A stretch of 54,687 nucleotides of DNA, the filler included, from Squatina squatina (Eukaryota): the NCBI GenBank assembly GCA_031763465.1. It is 3 parts of 3 records of this genome, joined end to end, with 100 filler letters (N's around TTAATTAATTAA, not from the genome) between each part and the next. Parts side by side here need not be neighbours in the genome. Positions count along the whole stretch, not along the records: positions 39,485 to 54,687 come from JARFOE010000115.1; 2 more parts are not named here. One strand, written 5' to 3'. Of this stretch, positions 51,366-54,687 are shown in pieces. The first letter of the stretch is position 1, and each line of letters starts with the position of its first letter. A program made the position numbers and the translations under genes. A model generated the notes under the pieces. It ran no database searches. It was given only the letters and a program-made list of their open reading frames with translations, and was not told the origin of the DNA.

Positions 51366-51527
51366 ATGGGGATTTACAGATCTGCCTGCACAAGGGCCTG
51401 ACCTGCTGCACGAAGAGAATGGAGGAGAGGTATCAAATAGTGGTTCGCAGAGAGGTCCTTCAGAGCATCCAGTTCCTGAGCTTTGAGCTGAAATACAGGA
51501 TCGAGAAGAATGGCGGGGCTTTCCAAG
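51366..51527 (+). CDS. Glypican-3/5 subfamily (glypican-5-like) exon 2, 162 nt
   Basis: gaag|ATGGGGAT...TTCCAAG|GTAGG, phase 1/1. Encodes DGDLQICLHKGLTCCTKRMEERYQIVVRREVLQSIQFLSFELKYRIEKNGGAFQ, fitting the GPC3/5 pattern DLQVC....TCC..KMEE.YQ...ELK......AFQ. Confidence 0.88.
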
Positions 51528-52829
51528 GTAGGAATGTTTCGGCAAGAAAAGCACGGATGGAGATCCAGTAGCAAGTGGCCAATGGGCCTTGTTTTTGCAA
51601 TGGATTTGATTCTCTCTTAAAATGCTTGTGAAACTGCTTTGGGGGGTTTACGTTCCAGGTCTGTCNNNNNNNNNNNNNNNNNNNNNNNNNNNNNNNNNNN
51701 NNNNNNNNNNNNNNNNNNNNNNNNNNNNNNNNNNNNNNNNNNNNNNNNNNNNNNNNNNNNNNNNNAAAAGGCGAGAATACTTTAGTCTTCCTATCTGCGA
51801 CCAACATGTACACTGGCACACGTAGAGCAAGAAAGGATCAATGGAGCAACTGCTTGCAGATCTCCCTAACCATTTTACTACTTTAAAAGGCTTAATAACT
51901 AGAGTTGAGCTTTTGGAATTTGCCTCTTTGCGCATTCGAAGCTGAACAGTGTATTTCTATTTTTGGTTGAATCCAGTGGAAGTGAGTTAGATACCAGTCT
52001 TTCACACTTGGATTGCATTCTCACACACACTGATGGGCTCAAGATTTCTTCTCCCTACTGGCTAAAAAGTATCTTGCATTGATTAATATTAGGCAGCTTT
52101 AGGCTCATTCTGCGTGGGTGTGGGCCCACAGTGCAAAAATGGTCCTAATTTGTAACTAACCATTGGGAGACCCAGTGCAAGAACTGGAGATGTCCATTAA
52201 AGGACTGACGTTTACTGCAGACATTTCAGCAAAGATTGCCTGGGCCCTTCGCCGATTTTGCATCAAATAATCCAGCTAAAGAAGAAAATTGGCCAGGCAG
52301 GTGGGCTGACAGCAAATGCTACTGTGCTGTAAACAGGGCAGGGGCTTTTGGTTCCCGGCTGTTGGCAGGTACTGAAATGGGCAGGCCAGTTAGTGCAGTA
52401 TTAAGTGGCCAGTCTAATAAAACTGCCAGACTGCCGAACATCCCACACCAGAGCTTGTTCAAAGTCACATCTGAAAAGCTTAATTGTGGGGGATTAAAAA
52501 TAAAGCCTGTGTTTGGAGGCCAGAACTGCTGTACTGGATTAGGCCTGTCTGATCCTCACACACTGACAGGGCAACCATTGAGGAAAGCTTCCGCTCCANN
52601 NNNNNNNNNNNNNNNNNNNNNNNNNNNNNNNNNNNNNNNNNNNNNNNNNNNNNNNNNNNNNNNNNNNNNNNNNNNNNNNNNNNNNNNNNNNNNNNNNNAA
52701 ATACTCACCAGCCGGTACTCACCCAATCAGCAGCTTTCCCTTCTCCCCATCACTTTTTGAAATGTGACGTGGCTCTGGAACGTTGCCCTCTGTCTGTGAA
52801 ATGGGCAAAAAACAGCCCATGCTTTATAT

Positions 52830-52946
52830 TTACCGGCTCTTCCCGCTGCGCTCAGCTCTGACTGGGCCTGTAAAAACAAACTCCCCGCTTTTAACTTACC
52901 GGCTCTTCCCGCTCCGCTCAGCTCTGACTGGGCCTGTAAAAACAAA
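52830..52946. repeat. Tandem duplication, 51-bp copies at period 66
   Basis: ttaccggctcttcccgct(g/c)cgctcagctctgactgggcctgtaaaaacaaa at 52830-52880 and 52896-52946, one mismatch. Confidence 0.9.
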
Positions 52947-53919
52947 GCCCTGATGTGTTATTGAGATATTCAGAAGTTAAGGTTCCCAGTCTTGAGTTAA
53001 CTGATCTCAGACAGGGGAGCAGTTGAGCTAAGAAGGGGAGAATTCAGCCAAGTTTACTACCTCTGACCGCTATCCATTGGCCAATGCTGAAGAGTGTACG
53101 TTTACAGATGTCCGGTGGAACTAACGTTAAACTCGGCTGCGATACCCTGGTGGTCAGCATTTACTGCCTGGACCCTCGCATGGTGAATGGGAGCTTAGGT
53201 AGCATACCATGGTGTCCGGGCCTACACTTGAATTATGACCGCTTGGGTGAGATTGGGTATAAGGTAGCCAGCAGATGTGAACTTGCAGCCCACCACGAAT
53301 TAATGTCTTCAGGTGAGGAGGGGAGCTCAATGTGAGCATGGTGCCAACTTCCCATTTTCTCAAAACACTGACTCTGGCTGGGGCCGTTATGGCTAAACCT
53401 GGTACTGGTCCTTTGACAAGCCACAGTAACTCTTAAACTGTTAACCAGATCTAGGGACGTACTTGGTCTTTGCTGAGTGTGCTGAGAAAGGGTTGGTGGA
53501 GGGGGTGGAGACGGTTGGGGATTGGAGAGAAACAGCACTGCCTGTGGCTCAATAAACCTGGACCTATAACAGCCTAGGAAGTGAAACAGTGCTTGGTCTT
53601 GTCAAATAATTTTGGGTTGTGTTGCTCAGTTCTTGCCTTTTTAAGCAGCGTTCCTGGCCATATTATGTCAGTTCTATTAGATGCAGTCAATTTATTCGGT
53701 TGAAACCCACCCAGCTCGTGTTTCTGCTGTGGAGCTTGATGTTAGTAACAGACCATATTCTGCGTTGATCAGATAAGGAGTGCCTGGAATATGCAATTAC
53801 TCACTGCGGCAGATTTAGGTTCATAGCAGATTCACCGCACATGAACTCAAAGCTATTGGCATAGTCTTGTCCAAAGTAACAGCACATCCACTGGTCCACT
53901 TATATCAGTAGTTTACGAA

Positions 53920-54160
53920 AGGACATGTATTTATAAAGTCCCTTAGCACGTCATTTAGAAACATCCCAGGCAATGAATTACATTGTGGAGTTCATGGTAT
54001 TGGCAGTAAACACGGCAGCCATTTTTCGCACTGTAAGGTTTCAGAAGCAACAACTAGATAAATGACCAGTTAATCTGCTTTAGTGGTGTTGGCTGAAGGA
54101 AGAGTGTTGATCAGGATACCGGGAGAACTTCACAATAAGACCATGAATGGGATCTTCTGG
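53920..54160 (-). mobile_element. Old Deu-SINE copy
   Basis: gataaatgaccagttaatctg...tggtgttggctga...caggatacc is the reverse complement of the Deu domain. Confidence 0.6.
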
Positions 54161-54549
54161 GCAGTGTTGTTCAATAGAAATTGCTGACTAACAACAAGTG
54201 CGGCAACAGAAACACTGTTTTAGGCACATGTAGTATTCTTAGTAGAAAACACCTTGCACACAATACAGATAAATCTACTTTACGTGTGTATTTACTTAGC
54301 AATCATTTACCACCATTCAGTAACCAGGGAAATAAAGCACTCACAACGACAAAAAAAAACTCTTGCACACTCAGCTTTACATCTTAGCATTTTACCAACA
54401 ATCAAAAAAAAAAGGGTAAAGTCCACTTACATCGCTTGCATGCTCAATGATGCTGTCTATTACATATTTTATTTACCAATCAGAAATGCAATTAGCTATA
54501 CCTGGACTCTCAATTAGCCACATGAGTAGTCACTGATTTAGGGGGCAAT

Positions 54550-54670
54550 CGAGGGGGTTGTTTGCCCCGACTGCCTGCCTCTCTTCTGCGGCTACGTTCG
54601 TGCCAGGGTGCCCCTGGAGATGGAGCACACGGTGTCCGCTTGCGGCCTTCCGTGACCGGTGGGCACCTCA
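54550..54670 (+). mobile_element. L1/Tx1-clade LINE 3' fragment
   Basis: Highly similar to 31515-31646 (PDCLPLFCGYVRARVPLEMEH). Confidence 0.65.
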
Positions 54671-54687
54671 CGGGGGACAATCAGGTT

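Noticed and set aside
52830-52946. Repeat-spacer-repeat pattern superficially like CRISPR (also 29562-29812)
   Set aside because: Only two copies, vertebrate intron context and no cas genes. These are simple tandem duplications.

Overview
Vertebrate nuclear DNA, most likely from a shark or other elasmobranch, judged from its repeats (SacSINE1-like Deu-domain SINEs, CR1/HER1-type LINE tails, Penelope-like ends). It comes from a fragmented scaffold with many ~100-N gaps and two artificial N44-TTAATTAATTAA-N44 linkers, so adjacency across gaps is unreliable. Four gene neighbourhoods are visible. (1) 1-9909: ARK2N/C18orf25 (-), HAUS1 exon 2 (-) and six ATP5F1A exons (+). (2) 10010-22751: NICOL1/C4orf48 (-) head-to-head with NELFA exon 1 (+), a pile of RTE LINE fragments, and the last NSD2 exon (-). 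(3) 22852-39384: DPYD exons 3 and 4 (+) in long introns with MITEs and CNE-like DNA. (4) 39485-54687: CpG-rich promoter-like patches, three miR-17-family pre-miRNA hairpins with non-canonical mature sequences, one unassigned hairpin, and exon 2 of a divergent glypican-3/5-like gene. Block 4 is the most interesting: it looks like an additional miR-17~92-type/glypican paralogon with no obvious human counterpart. Gene identities are from recalled protein similarity and splice geometry, not from database searches.
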